Shown here: one piece after another, positions 1 through 9,834 of the stretch
How positions within the stretch are numbered: the first letter of the stretch is position 1
Layout: each line of letters opens with the position of its first letter
Origin: Terriglobia bacterium
Lineage (GTDB): Bacteria > Acidobacteriota > Terriglobia > Bryobacterales > Bryobacteraceae
Length of the DNA: 64,000 nucleotides
Direction: 5' to 3'
NCBI GenBank assembly: GCA_963768075.1
Contig: CAVYHD010000022.1
Location: 45,802-109,801 of the forward strand
Program-made: the position numbers and the translations under genes
The notes under the pieces: generated by a model
The model's input: only the letters and a program-made list of their open reading frames with translations
Database searches by the model: none
What the model was told of the DNA's origin: nothing

Positions 1-342
1 AACAACAACACAAAAGCAGTCCGGCTGATGCTGGAGGCGGGTTGGCCGGTGGATACGCCGGGAGAGATGGGCGCGACGGCGCTGCACTGGGCTGGGTTCA
101 ACGGCAATGCGGAGATGACCCGCGAGATTCTGCGGTTCCATCCGGCGCTGGAATTGAAATCGCGGGAGTATGACGGGGACGCGCGCTCGGTTGGGCCATA
201 TTCGGATCCGGGAAACGGTTGGCATCGGGACACAGGAGATTTTGTCGGAACCGTCCAGGCGCTGCTGGAGGCCGGGGCGGTGGTACCGCCGAATGCGGAG
301 GAGCTGGAGCCCAGCGACGCGGTGCTGGAGGTGCTGCGATGA
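1..342 (+). CDS. Ankyrin-repeat protein, C-terminal part (5' end outside window)
   Basis: Frame 1 is open from nt 1 (NNNTKAVRLMLEAGW...). 'GATALHWAGFNGNAEMTREILRFHP' fits the ankyrin repeat consensus. Confidence 0.75.
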   Translation, partial: NNNTKAVRLMLEAGWPVDTPGEMGATALHWAGFNGNAEMTREILRFHPALELKSREYDGDARSVGPYSDPGNGWHRDTGDFVGTVQALLEAGAVVPPNAEELEPSDAVLEVLR

Positions 343-544
343 CGCCAGCAACACTGTAAGCCAAACCATTGTCGAAGATGATAAACGCGGCCGAATTTAA
401 TTCAGTCTGGGGCGCGCCATCACTATTTCTCGTGTGACAACCCGAGCATCGCGAAGTTTATGGCAGCTCGACCGAACATCAGTCGCGTCATACTAGTGGT
501 TTGTCCGAAACCCTCATCAAACGGCCCCGCGACGCCTGGGCTCA

Positions 545-1648
545 ATGGATTTCGCCGGAGACTCTTATCGCGCAGGTCCGGAGCACCGCCCCATTCCTAG
601 AGGCGCGGCTCCCGTAACCGAACCTGGCCGCCTGATCGAACTGGGCAACTCGTCCGATGGCTTTCTGCGAATGCTCGCCAACTGGCAGAACATTCTGCGC
701 GCCAGTCTTACGCGCGAGGAGCAACTTCAGGATTATTTCGCACTTTGTCTGGCTTGTCATCACGCGACCGTCGCCACGTTCGTACCCACAGATGTCGATA
801 CCAAGATCCGTGGCATCGCTGTGGCGCGAATCGCGAGAGCCTGATGTTCTGCGACCCATGCTGCGCCTTGCCCTCGCGGCGCGCGCCTGGACAGAGGACG
901 GCATCTCGGTCCGCTCCGTTCGCGGTGTCAGTGGTCACAACGGCGAGCATTGGAGTGCGATCGCGGGTGGTCTCGGACGCCTGCTGGAGCTCGGCGACAC
1001 GGCGTCCGCGGAAGAGGCGCAGGCCGCCATCGAAGCGGAAATCGATCGCGAACAGGCGATTTTCGATGCAGGTGGCCGCCGAAGCGCGACGCTGAACTCG
1101 ACCTGCTGCGCCTCTCCATGACTTTGGCGCACAATCGAGGCGATCTCACAGCAAGGCATGGGCTTCTGGAAGAAGACTCCGCTCACCGCGCCGCTGATGG
1201 AGCATTTCGCAGCGCGGGGCCGCTTCGCGCTTGCGGTTCGCATCTATCAACACACTGGTCTTTCGAGCGAAGGCCACCGGCATTATCCGCTGCGTCCGAT
1301 GAAGGCGTTGCGCCGCTCGCCCCTACGCTGTTGCCGCTATGCCCGTTCCTGGATGAGTGGGGAAGCGTGGTGGCGCAACTGGAAGAGAGCCATGAGGTGC
1401 TGGCCGCTCTAGTGATGGGCTGCAAGAAAGTGCAGGGCCAGCAAGGCTATTATCGCGCCATCGCAGGCATGCTCGCCGCATCTTCGGGCGCTTTCGAACG
1501 CGCGGCTGCCCGGATGCCCAATGGCGCCCAGCGCCTGCTGCGAGGCGCCGAAATGCGCAAACTCATCGACGTGCCGCGCATATCCTTCGAATCGATGATG
1601 CGGAAACGCGCGCGAACAGCCCTGGCGATGTTCGGGGCAACGAGTTGA
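545..1648 (+). pseudogene. Hypothetical protein, no family recognised; reading frame broken about 4 times
   Basis: Protein-like translation hops between ORFs 545-844, 657-1121, 950-1648 and 1158-1412. Examples: 'EEAQAAIEAEIDREQAIFDAGG', 'LMEHFAARGRFALAVRIYQHTGL', 'LDEWGSVVAQLEESHEVLAALVMGCKKVQGQQGYYRAIAGMLA'. Confidence 0.35.
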
Positions 1649-1764
1649 CGCGGAGGCGCCGCGCATTCGGTGGTATACTAAAGGAAGATTTGATCTCCCG
1701 CCAATCGTGTTGTTTTCGCCTGCTCTCGATTAGCTGCCCTTCAAACGTAACGTAAGGATCGTAA

Positions 1765-2097
1765 ATGAAAAATATATACGTCGGAAACCTCAGCTTTTCA
1801 ACCACGGAACAAACCGTCCGTTCGCTGTTTGAACCTTTCGGAACCGTTGGGCGCGTCAACGTCGTGACGGATCGGGAAACGGGGCAACCCAGAGGTTTGG
1901 CTTTTGTCGAAATGGCTAATGACGCTGAAGCCGCCAAAGCTATGGCCGCTCTAAATGGAAAGGATGTTGACGGAAAAACGCTGGCGGTCAACGAAGCCCG
2001 TCCGAAGAAAACTGGTGGAGGCCCTCGTCCGAACAATCGCGATCGCTTCAGCCGTGACGCTCCCCCTCGTCCTGATAACCGACAAATATTGACATAG
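1765..2097 (+). CDS. RRM-type RNA-binding protein
   Basis: RNP-2 'IYVGNL' and RNP-1 'RGLAFVEM' at canonical spacing. R/P/G-rich C-terminal tail. About 85 nt AT-richer leader upstream. Confidence 0.95.
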   Translation: MKNIYVGNLSFSTTEQTVRSLFEPFGTVGRVNVVTDRETGQPRGLAFVEMANDAEAAKAMAALNGKDVDGKTLAVNEARPKKTGGGPRPNNRDRFSRDAPPRPDNRQILT

Positions 2098-2126
2098 AGG
2101 AAAGCGCCGATCCCGCTAAGGCCGTC

Positions 2127-2165
2127 GCTATCCGGCTGGATAGTTCAGCTATCCAGTCGGATAGC
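2127..2165. repeat. Twin palindrome GCTATCC-ggct-GGATAG-ttcag-CTATCC-agtc-GGATAGC, 30 nt after the RRM gene stop
   Basis: Read directly. There are two consecutive 6-bp-stem hairpins, or one GGATAG-N5-CTATCC operator-like palindrome. A short T-run (cctttttg) follows about 30 nt downstream. It could be a terminator or a protein-binding site. Confidence 0.4.
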
Positions 2166-2327
2166 TATTGAGCGGGACCGGCGAGTTTCTCCTTTTTGAT
2201 CTGCCTATTCTTAGCAGCAGCTCTACATTCCCTAACTCGCGTAGTTTCACGTAGAAAGCTCCGGAAGCTGATTTCCTCGTTCGGATTTGGAATTCAGATT
2301 GCCCTTAAGGCAACCCGAGAAGGGCGT

Positions 2328-4027
2328 ATGAAACTAAAACTGAGACCGGAGCTGGTGCTTCTGATGATGGCGATGCTATCCGCGGCCGTCCAATCCGCGC
2401 AGGCGGCATCCCTCGGGAGCATCAACGCGCTTTGGGTATACAAGGCGGGTTCGCTTCCGAACGCAGTCACCGACCAGGCGACCCGGAATACACTCATCCA
2501 AAACGGCTCCGCCAGCGGCGTCAATATGCTCTATGTTGCCGTCTATGGTTCTACGCCGAACAGCGCCGGACGCTACATGTATGACGACGGCGATGTCGCG
2601 GCTTTCATCACAGCCGCGCACGGAAAGGGAATGCAGGTGTATGCCGCCCTCGGTGACGCTGACTGGCCGTCGTCCGGCTGCGCCGTCTCCGGCAACCCCT
2701 ACAAACGTTTTACGGATCTTGCCGGATACGACTCGTCTAACCCGAACGCTACTTTCGATGGCGTCATGCTCGACGTCGAACCCGGCAGCAATCCCGATTT
2801 GCCAGCCCTACTCGGGCTCTATCAATGTTTTCAGCAGATGGCCAGCGCAAACGGCCTGGGCCTTTCGGCAGCCGCCAGCGCCTTCTGGAATACGACGGTC
2901 ACGTTCAACCAGGTCACAGAAGAAGCCTACAAACAGATTGTGGATCTGGGCATGAACAACGTGGTGGTGATGGGTTACCGAAACGTCGCGGGCTCGCTCG
3001 ATTGCAGCCAGGGCGATGGAATCATTTGCCTGGATGAAAACTACATCGCTTATGCCAACAGCCTCTCCCAAAGCAAAATGATTCTGGTTGGTTTGAACAC
3101 GGATAACCCGGCGACTTCCGGCGCTCCGGCCGAGGAAACATTCTACGCCATGGGCCAGACGGCGATGAATAACGCGGCACAATCCGTTTACAGCCAATTC
3201 ACGGCCGCCAGCCAAACCTTCGGCGGCTTTGCGATCCACAATTACCGGGATTCGTACTTGAACGGGGAGTTATCAGGCTGGCCAGCTACGAACACGGTTT
3301 TGGCGGCTCCAGCGCCTCATTTTTCCCAGGCCGGCATCGAAAACGCAGCCAGTCTTCAGGGAGGGAGCATCGCGCCGGGAGAGTTGATCACTATCTTCGG
3401 GGAGAATTTAGGCCCTGGCTTGCCGCTTGGCATGCAGGTTGTCAAAGGAACGGTGGCCACAAGCCTGGGAGGCGTCCGGGTCCTGTTCAACGGGATTCCG
3501 GGACCTGTGGTATTCGCGTTTTCCAATCAGGTGAGCGCCATCGTGCCCTTCGAAATTGAAGGTCAGTCGGCCGCCGTGCAAGTCGAGTACTCGGGCGTTG
3601 TATCCGCTCCTGTAAACGTGCCGGTTGCCCAGGCGGCGCCGGGCATCTTCACAGCAGACGGCTCCGGCACAGGTCCTCTTGCTGCATGGAATCAGGATGG
3701 TTCAGTCAACAGCGTGGCCCATCCGGCCACTCCCGGCTCCGCGGTGACGCTGTTGCTGACCGGCGCGGGCCAGACCACACCCACCGGGGTCGACGGATGG
3801 GTGAGTATGGATACCGCCAGGTTAGCTTCACTCGCGCTTCCATCAGGGCGCTTATCGGCGGCGAAGCTGCAACAGTGGCATACGCGGGGAACACTGTAAG
3901 CGTTGTCTCCGGAGTCGTACAAGTGAATCTGGTCGTGCCGGGCGGCCTATCACGCGGCGCGCATCTGGTCCGGGTATACATCGGCCCGGCGGAAACTCAG
4001 GCCGCCGTCTCGATCGCGGTTCGATGA
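2328..4027 (+). pseudogene. Secreted protein: signal peptide, glycosidase-like TIM-barrel-like region, Solibacter-type C-terminal domain (TIGR03437-like); one frame break near 3810-3830
   Basis: ATG at 2328 gives 'MKLKLRPELVLLMMAMLSAAVQSAQA'. The C-terminal 'GIFTADGSGTGPLAAWNQDGSVNS...PGSAVTLLLTGAGQTTP' continues in ORF 3686-4027 as 'IGGEAATVAYAGNTVSVVSGVVQVNLVVPGGL...VSIAVR'. This is the pattern I recall for the acidobacterial C-terminal domain. Confidence 0.6.
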
Positions 4028-4230
4028 GGCCGGAGATCGCGGCTAGCGCTAATGCCGCCACCAAATTGCTTTCTTGGTCACCGCAAGTTGTGATCGCAGA
4101 GTGCAGTAGGATCAGTGGAGCCAGATGCAGGTACTTCAGAAGCTCATCGGATTCGCGCGAAAATCCCTTCGCGAACAATTGCGGGCAGTCGAGAACATTT
4201 GCAGGTACCCGAGCGACCGTCCGCTACCAT

Positions 4231-5009
4231 TTGTTGGAAAGGGGTTGGAATGTCCCTCGTCTGGGGAACGACAGAACAGCTTATATTATTGGACTGTTCG
4301 GCACCGGACGTTGGTATATCAATGAACTGATACTGCAGAACATTGGAGAAAGGGCGAAATATTTTAGGGATAGGATCCGCTTCCATCCAGGTCCGACATC
4401 TATGATCTACAGCGGCCATGCCACAATGAAGCATGTTTCTCGCGTTCAGGCATTGCCAGCGGTAACGAGCCGTATATTGGAAGCGGTCAGATCGGGATTT
4501 GCCGATTTGATTTTTGTCTATCGTCATCCCCTCGATTCGTTGCTGACAAATTGGATTTGGTGGCGGACATACATTCGCGACAACACGGGTGATTGCTGGT
4601 ATTTCGCAGGTTTATAAGAACACAGACGATCTATGTGCCGATTTGGAGCAGAATTTTCTGGAATTCAAGGCCTTTGCCGAAGGCGACCCTGATTTTTTCG
4701 CGGCCGTACCAGGCCCGCGCATTTTTGTCTTTCCCGGAATTTGTTGAGGAAACTGAGCTTTATCTCCAATCCGCCACGCTCCCGTTGCGGCTTGAGGACT
4801 TCATGATCGATCCGTTCAAGGAGTTTTCTAAGATCGTTGAAGTCATGTCGGTTGATCTTGATTTGAGCCGTTTACGTGTAGCCCCTCCGAGAACCAAGCC
4901 TTATGGCTATTTGGCGGTTAAAGAAAAAGTTCCTCGATTCAGAGACTTTATCAATGGGCTGGATGCGGAGACAAAAAGACGGATTGAGAAAATCGGCTAT
5001 ATGATGTAG
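4231..5009 (+). pseudogene. Sulfotransferase-fold protein; two frame breaks (about 4588 and 4721); start uncertain (TTG 4231)
   Basis: P-loop-like 5'-PSB 'YIIGLFGTGRWY' and 3'-PB-like 'FVYRHPLDSLLTNW'. The middle frame reads 'VIAGISQVYKNTDDLCADLEQNFLEFKAFAEGDPDFF'. The last frame reads 'RLEDFMIDPFKEFSKIVEVM...'. Confidence 0.5.
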
Positions 5010-5032
5010 GGTCTGGACTGGCCTATCCGCGC

Positions 5033-5049
5033 CGCGCCGCCCAGGCGCG
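5033..5049. terminator. Short GC hairpin between convergent genes
   Basis: CGCGCC-gccca-GGCGCG-type stem (6 bp) between the stops at 5009 (+) and 5052 (-). No U-tract. Confidence 0.25.
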
Positions 5050-5051
5050 AG

Positions 5052-5792
5052 TCAATAGGTGGTCTCGATCGCCGTCAGACCCGCGATGCGCTTCTCTGTG
5101 AAATCCAGGAACTTCCGGAAAAGTTCCGGACCTAATTGCACCTGCAGATCGTTCACCGAGCGCCACGCGCCGATATACTGCGCTGGCGTTTGTTGCAGCG
5201 AATGCCTGCCTTCGAGGTAAAGCACCTCGGCGAATTGCGGCTTGGCGCTCAACATGTCGGTCAGCCGCTCGGTGATGCCAGACCGTCCGGACGATACGCG
5301 CCGGATGTCAGGTTTAAGCCGCGTGATCTGCGTCTCGATTTCTACGAGCAGCGGGTTCGCCTCGATGAGGCGCGGATTCCACAAGGCAACGAAGACGCCG
5401 CCAGGCCGCAGGATGCGGTGGAACTCGTCGCATGCCTTGTCAAAATCGGCCCAGTGGAATGACGAGGCCATGCTGACAAGATCGGCGGAGCGGTCCGGCA
5501 ATCCAGTGGCTTCGGCCGAACCTTTGTGCCAGACAATATCCGTGCCCCGCGAGGTTTCGATGCCTTGCCCGCGCATGTCGTCATTGGGTTCCACGGCGAC
5601 AACGGAACGCAGGCCGCGGTCCGCGAGCATGCGTGTCCAAATGCCAGTGCCGGCGCCGATGTCGGCGGCATCGATACTGGCCGCATCGCGTCCCACATAG
5701 CTTAAGATCGCGGTCGCGACCTGCGGCGCATAACCTGGCCGGAACCTGGCGTAGTCGTCAGCTAACCCCGTAAAATCTCCGTGTTTCATCAT
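5052..5792 (-). CDS. Class I SAM-dependent methyltransferase
   Basis: Motif I 'AADIGAGTGIWTRMLADRG' and post-I 'VVAVEPNDDM'. Start taken at 'MMKHGDF' (ATGATG at 5787-5792) rather than the ORF-track start at 5837. Confidence 0.9.
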   Translation of the reverse strand: MMKHGDFTGLADDYARFRPGYAPQVATAILSYVGRDAASIDAADIGAGTGIWTRMLADRGLRSVVAVEPNDDMRGQGIETSRGTDIVWHKGSAEATGLPDRSADLVSMASSFHWADFDKACDEFHRILRPGGVFVALWNPRLIEANPLLVEIETQITRLKPDIRRVSSGRSGITERLTDMLSAKPQFAEVLYLEGRHSLQQTPAQYIGAWRSVNDLQVQLGPELFRKFLDFTEKRIAGLTAIETTY

Positions 5793-5877
5793 GACTGCCA
5801 GCCCGCGGCGCTCCCATCGCCTTTTCGATACATGCAAAGTTCAGTTTGATCGCACCCGTCGCGCCGATCAATCGCCA

Positions 5878-6657
5878 TCATCCTGCCTTCAGCTCGCTGC
5901 CCGACAGCGGATCCTCGAGCAGGAGTTCCCCCTCCCTTACCATGGTCCGGTAGAGCTGCACATCCTCCGGATTGTCGATTTCGCCCCATTGGCCATCGGT
6001 ACCGAAAGTGCCGATCGGGAGTTCCTTTCCGGCTAGCAGCCGGCGCAGCAATCCGGTCATATCGAGGCGATCGCGGATTGGTGCGTCGAGTGTACTCGAG
6101 TAGCGTCTCGACGCGACTCCATGCCGGTGGCGTGAATTTGAAGAGGCCCATATATTGCCCCTCGATATCTTCGATCCGCGTGGTCTTGCCGCCGATCTCC
6201 AGCAATTGGCCCGCGGCATTGATCCGGAAGGTTTCGGCGTCGGCCAACGGATCGGCGAAACGCCGGGTCCACAGGCGGCGCCAGGCGCGGTCGTAACTGA
6301 TGACCAACTGGCCGGGCGCCAGGCCAGACCGCGTACCAACTCGCTGCGGTAGAAGATGTCGGCATAGCTGACGATGACCGGCCCCGAGCGCAGCCACGGA
6401 GCGGCCGCGGCGAGCGACATCACCATATTGGTTTCGGCCCATCGTTCGTTGGCGAAATAGGAGAGGCCGGGAAAATCGATCATCTCGGCACGATACCCGC
6501 GGACGACCCCGATCTCGTCCACCCCACCACGCCGGAGCGCCGCGATCTGGCGCTCGATCAGCGGCTTGCCTTCGAGTTCGACCAAGCATTTCGGACGGTC
6601 GTCGCCGAGATGCCCCATACGGCTGCCGCGACCGGCCGCGAGGATCACGGCGCGCAT
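5878..6657 (-). pseudogene. NTP-transferase (LicC / Cj1416-like cytidylyltransferase fold); two compensating frame breaks
   Basis: N-terminal 'MRAVILAAGRGSRMGHLGDDRPKCLVELEGKPLIERQI' (G-x-G-x-R signature). The middle part is only sensible in ORF 5789-6589 ('GQLVISYDRAWRRLWTRRFADPLADAETFRINAAGQLLEIGGKTTRIEDIEGQYMGLFKFTP'). The C-terminus 'GQWGEIDNPEDVQLY' returns to the first frame. Confidence 0.75.
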
Positions 6658-9592
6658 CACGCGATGACCAAGACCTTCTGGTTCGTGCAATCGAGGCACA
6701 GCTTGCGCGCCGTCTGCCATCGCTGGAACAGGGCTTCGCCCGGCGCCGATTACGGCGGGTATGCCGAGTTCGCCGGCGCGGATCGCCATGTGCGAATTGG
6801 CGCCGCCGAACTGGGTAACGAATCCGCTGATGCCACGAGTGAAGATCCAGTCGAAGCCGGGGTCCGCGCTTGGCACGAAAAGAATCCGTCCAGCGAAGCT
6901 CTCCGGCGGGTCGCCGACTAAGGCAACCGGTGCGGTGACGCTTTTTCGCGTAATGAAATTAGGCTGGCTCGGGGGAAGGTGAAATGCGAACACTTCGTCG
7001 GGCGACGCGATGATCGGCGGAAGCACCAGATTGCGCGTGAGCGCGTGACGCTCCCTGCCATGCGCGACACTCTCCAGCAACGCCTCGCGCACCGAACCGC
7101 TCTCGCTATAGAGCGTGCGGATGGCGTCGTAGTTCAGAAATGCGCAATCCTCCGCCGAAAGACCATGATCCTCGCCCAGCTGCCTGATCAGCGACAAAGC
7201 ATCGCTCAGGCTTCGCGTGAACACGAACTTCGCGTATTCGCGGCCCTCAATGCCGGCCTTGATGAACTCGATCAAACTCAGGACGTCGATGTCGAGCTCA
7301 TGTTCCTTGAGCAGTTGCTCGATGCGGCGCAACTGCTCGATCGAGAGCGCGAAGCGCGGCGGCGCGGGCGCCGCCGGCCGGGCGCTCGACCAGTCGAAAT
7401 AGAGATCGGGCGCCTCGTCGTAGCGCGGCGACAGGATGTCGTAGGTCCCCGGCCGCAGGTGGCCGTAGCGCGCGAGGAAGTCCGCCTTCGAAAGTTGCGC
7501 GAAATCCTGCCCGATGCGCGACCCGACGGTATCGACACTCGCCATGAATGTCGCGCCCTCTTCGGCGTTGAGAACGCCCACCTCGACGAAGGACTGCAGC
7601 ATCTGAACCGCTATGAAGCCCGCCCGCGCGAGACCGGCGAACGGCAGCGTGCCGTATCGCTTGCAGTCCTCGATCAGCCAGTAAATGCGGCTGATCTTGT
7701 CGATCTCCGCGTTGCAGATTGCCGGAAACCGCTCGCGCCAGCAGGTCGATCTTCGCGCGGTCGCGCCGCCACAGCGCGGTCTCGCCATGCATGATGCGAT
7801 TGGTGAGGCGCCGTAACGCGCCCGAAAGTTCGGCCAGGTCTTCCGGCGAAAATCCGTGCTCGGCGAGCCTGCCCATCCGCTTCGGCAAATCGAGCGTGTA
7901 GCAGGAGAAGATGATCTCAAATTCGACCTTGTCATGGAGATGCGGCTCGGAGAGGAGGCGATCGATGTAGTAATTCACGAGCCGCCCGGCGAGATCGTCG
8001 GGCACGTCGCGCGGTACGAAGGAGTTGAAGCTGACACGCACGTCGATGTAGGGCAGCCCGTGAAAGCTGACCAGCAGCGGAAAACTGCGCAGATTCTGGT
8101 ACCCGTAATTGTCCCGCTGATAGGCCCAGATCGCGTCGGTGATGAGTTCGCGATAGAGCGACAACGAGAGGGGCCAGGGCCGCACCCCGATGATTTCTGC
8201 CGGGTTCCAGTCCGGCATGACGCCGAATATCGCCCGGCTGCCGTGCAGGTAGGGATGCGGGCGGCTGAGCAGCTCGACCTTGCGCGCGATATCGGCGAGC
8301 GCGGCATCGACCTTCGCGTCCGCTGCCCGCACCTGGCGGTCGACGGCGAGCGGGCGGACTTGCAGAAGGTAGAGCTGCCCGTCGCCGCCGACGGCGAATT
8401 CCACGTCGATCGCATCACACGCCAGAAGGGTTTCGAGCTCGCTGACCAGAGCGATGACCGGCGCCAGCGACGGTGGGCAGGCATCCGGCCGCGATTTGAG
8501 GCAAAAAAAGTCTCGAGATTGTCGCCGGCGCCGGCGGTCACGCGATCGGTTAGGCCGGAACGGTCGTCGTAATTGATGATGAAATAGGGGCCGCCGCTCG
8601 GACTGCGCGAGAAGGCCACGCCGGCCATCGCCACGCGGTCAAGCATGGGCTGCACGAAGATCTGGTCGTCGTCGCTTCCGTCATCGGCGAACGAGTCAAT
8701 CACCCGGTCGATTGCCTGCGCCACCGCTGCGCTGCCGACAACACCGAGTACGGAATCGTACCTCCCGGCCTGGGAGTTCACGGCGCCGTCCTCGCCCCGC
8801 GCACTGCTACGCACGATGACCCGATCCGAACCCCAGGGCGCAGCGGCGACGGCGGCGAGCACCCGAGCGGCGTCCGAGCGCCAATCGCCAACCGAGAATC
8901 GGACCTGTGGCAGGACGCGCCCGTTGCGCAGCAGCGGCGCCAGCGCTTCCAGAGATTCCGCCTTCGTTTTGAAGGCGACGACGCGCGCCGGCTGCGCCGC
9001 GCCTGCGCCATCGCGCCTGGCGCATACCGCCAAGATGCGGTCGACCGCCGTGGCAACGTCGAGCGCCCCATAATTGTCGAGAACCAGGTCCGGCGCCTCG
9101 GGGGCCTCCGCCGGCACGTCAAGGCCAACGACGTTGCGCGCATCGCCGCGCTGAGCCCCCGCGTAGATGCCCTTGCTATCCCGGCGCCGTAGCTCGTCTA
9201 TCGGGACCCGAAGGTAGATCTCGCGATAACCGGGGATGTTCTCGCGGTTCCAACGCTGCACCTCGTGAAACAGCGAGATGGTCGCGCAGACGACATCGGC
9301 GCCCTGCTCGGCCAGCAACCGGCACAGCCGCGCATTGCGCATCGCCGATCGCCGCCGATCGCCTGCGCTGTGGCCAAGATCTTCGGCGATCGCGGAACGG
9401 AGCGCGTCGCCATCGAGGAAGGTGACCGGACGGCCGGCGGCACGCAGCCGGCTCGCACAATTCCCGCCCCAAGGTGGTCTTGCCGGCGCCGGATAACCCG
9501 GTAATCCAGAAGACGCGCCCCGGTGAAGCCTCCTCTTCAGCTTCAGTCTCGCGTTCCGCCTTTCTTATGTTTGTCAGCATATGAAGTTGCAT
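6657..9592 (-). pseudogene. Fusion protein: APS-kinase-like P-loop kinase + PPDK_N (PEP/pyruvate-binding ATP-grasp) + PEP-utiliser phosphohistidine swivel domain; about 4 frame breaks
   Basis: 'VFWITGLSGAGKTTLGREL' followed by 'CATISLFHEVQRWNRENIPGYREIYLRVPIDELRRRDSKGIY' indicates the APS-kinase fold. 'IVRSSARGEDGAVNSQAGRYDSVLGV' is PPDK_N. '[35 protein letters not shown]' is the swivel His domain. Frame breaks lie near 9445, 8505 (A7 run at 8503-8509), 7735 and 6745. After repair, the stop TGA overlaps the next ATG (TGATG at 6655-6659). Possible starts are 9616 (GTG), 9592 or 9580. Confidence 0.75.
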
Positions 9593-9646
9593 CGTGCCTG
9601 TAACAAACAGGCTCACCCGTTAGTAACATTTCCGTAACGAATTGGT

Positions 9647-9675
9647 AATATATATGAAACCATTCTGCCAGTAAA
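9647..9675 (-). promoter_or_regulatory. Possible sigma70-like promoter for the minus-strand operon (TTTACT-17 nt-TATATT)
   Basis: Read on the reverse strand: -35 at 9670-9675 and -10 at 9647-9652 with a 17-nt spacer, about 30-55 nt upstream of the candidate starts. The acidobacterial promoter consensus is poorly known. Confidence 0.25.
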
Positions 9676-9834
9676 TGGCAGGGGCAGATTGCCGCTAGAT
9701 ATTCCGGAGCAACAAGTGGGCCGGTGGATCAGTCTGCATTGACACCGCTGCGGCCAAGTCCGGAAGTGTCAAAGGGGCGAGTGCGCATCGGCATTCAACA
9801 ATGCGCGCATGATATCTTCTGAAAATCACGCTAC

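Noticed and set aside
1644-1681. TTGACG ... TATACT as a sigma70 promoter for the RRM gene
   Set aside because: The spacer is 23 nt, too long. Only an extended -10 (TGGTATACT) remains plausible, so it is not reported as a feature.
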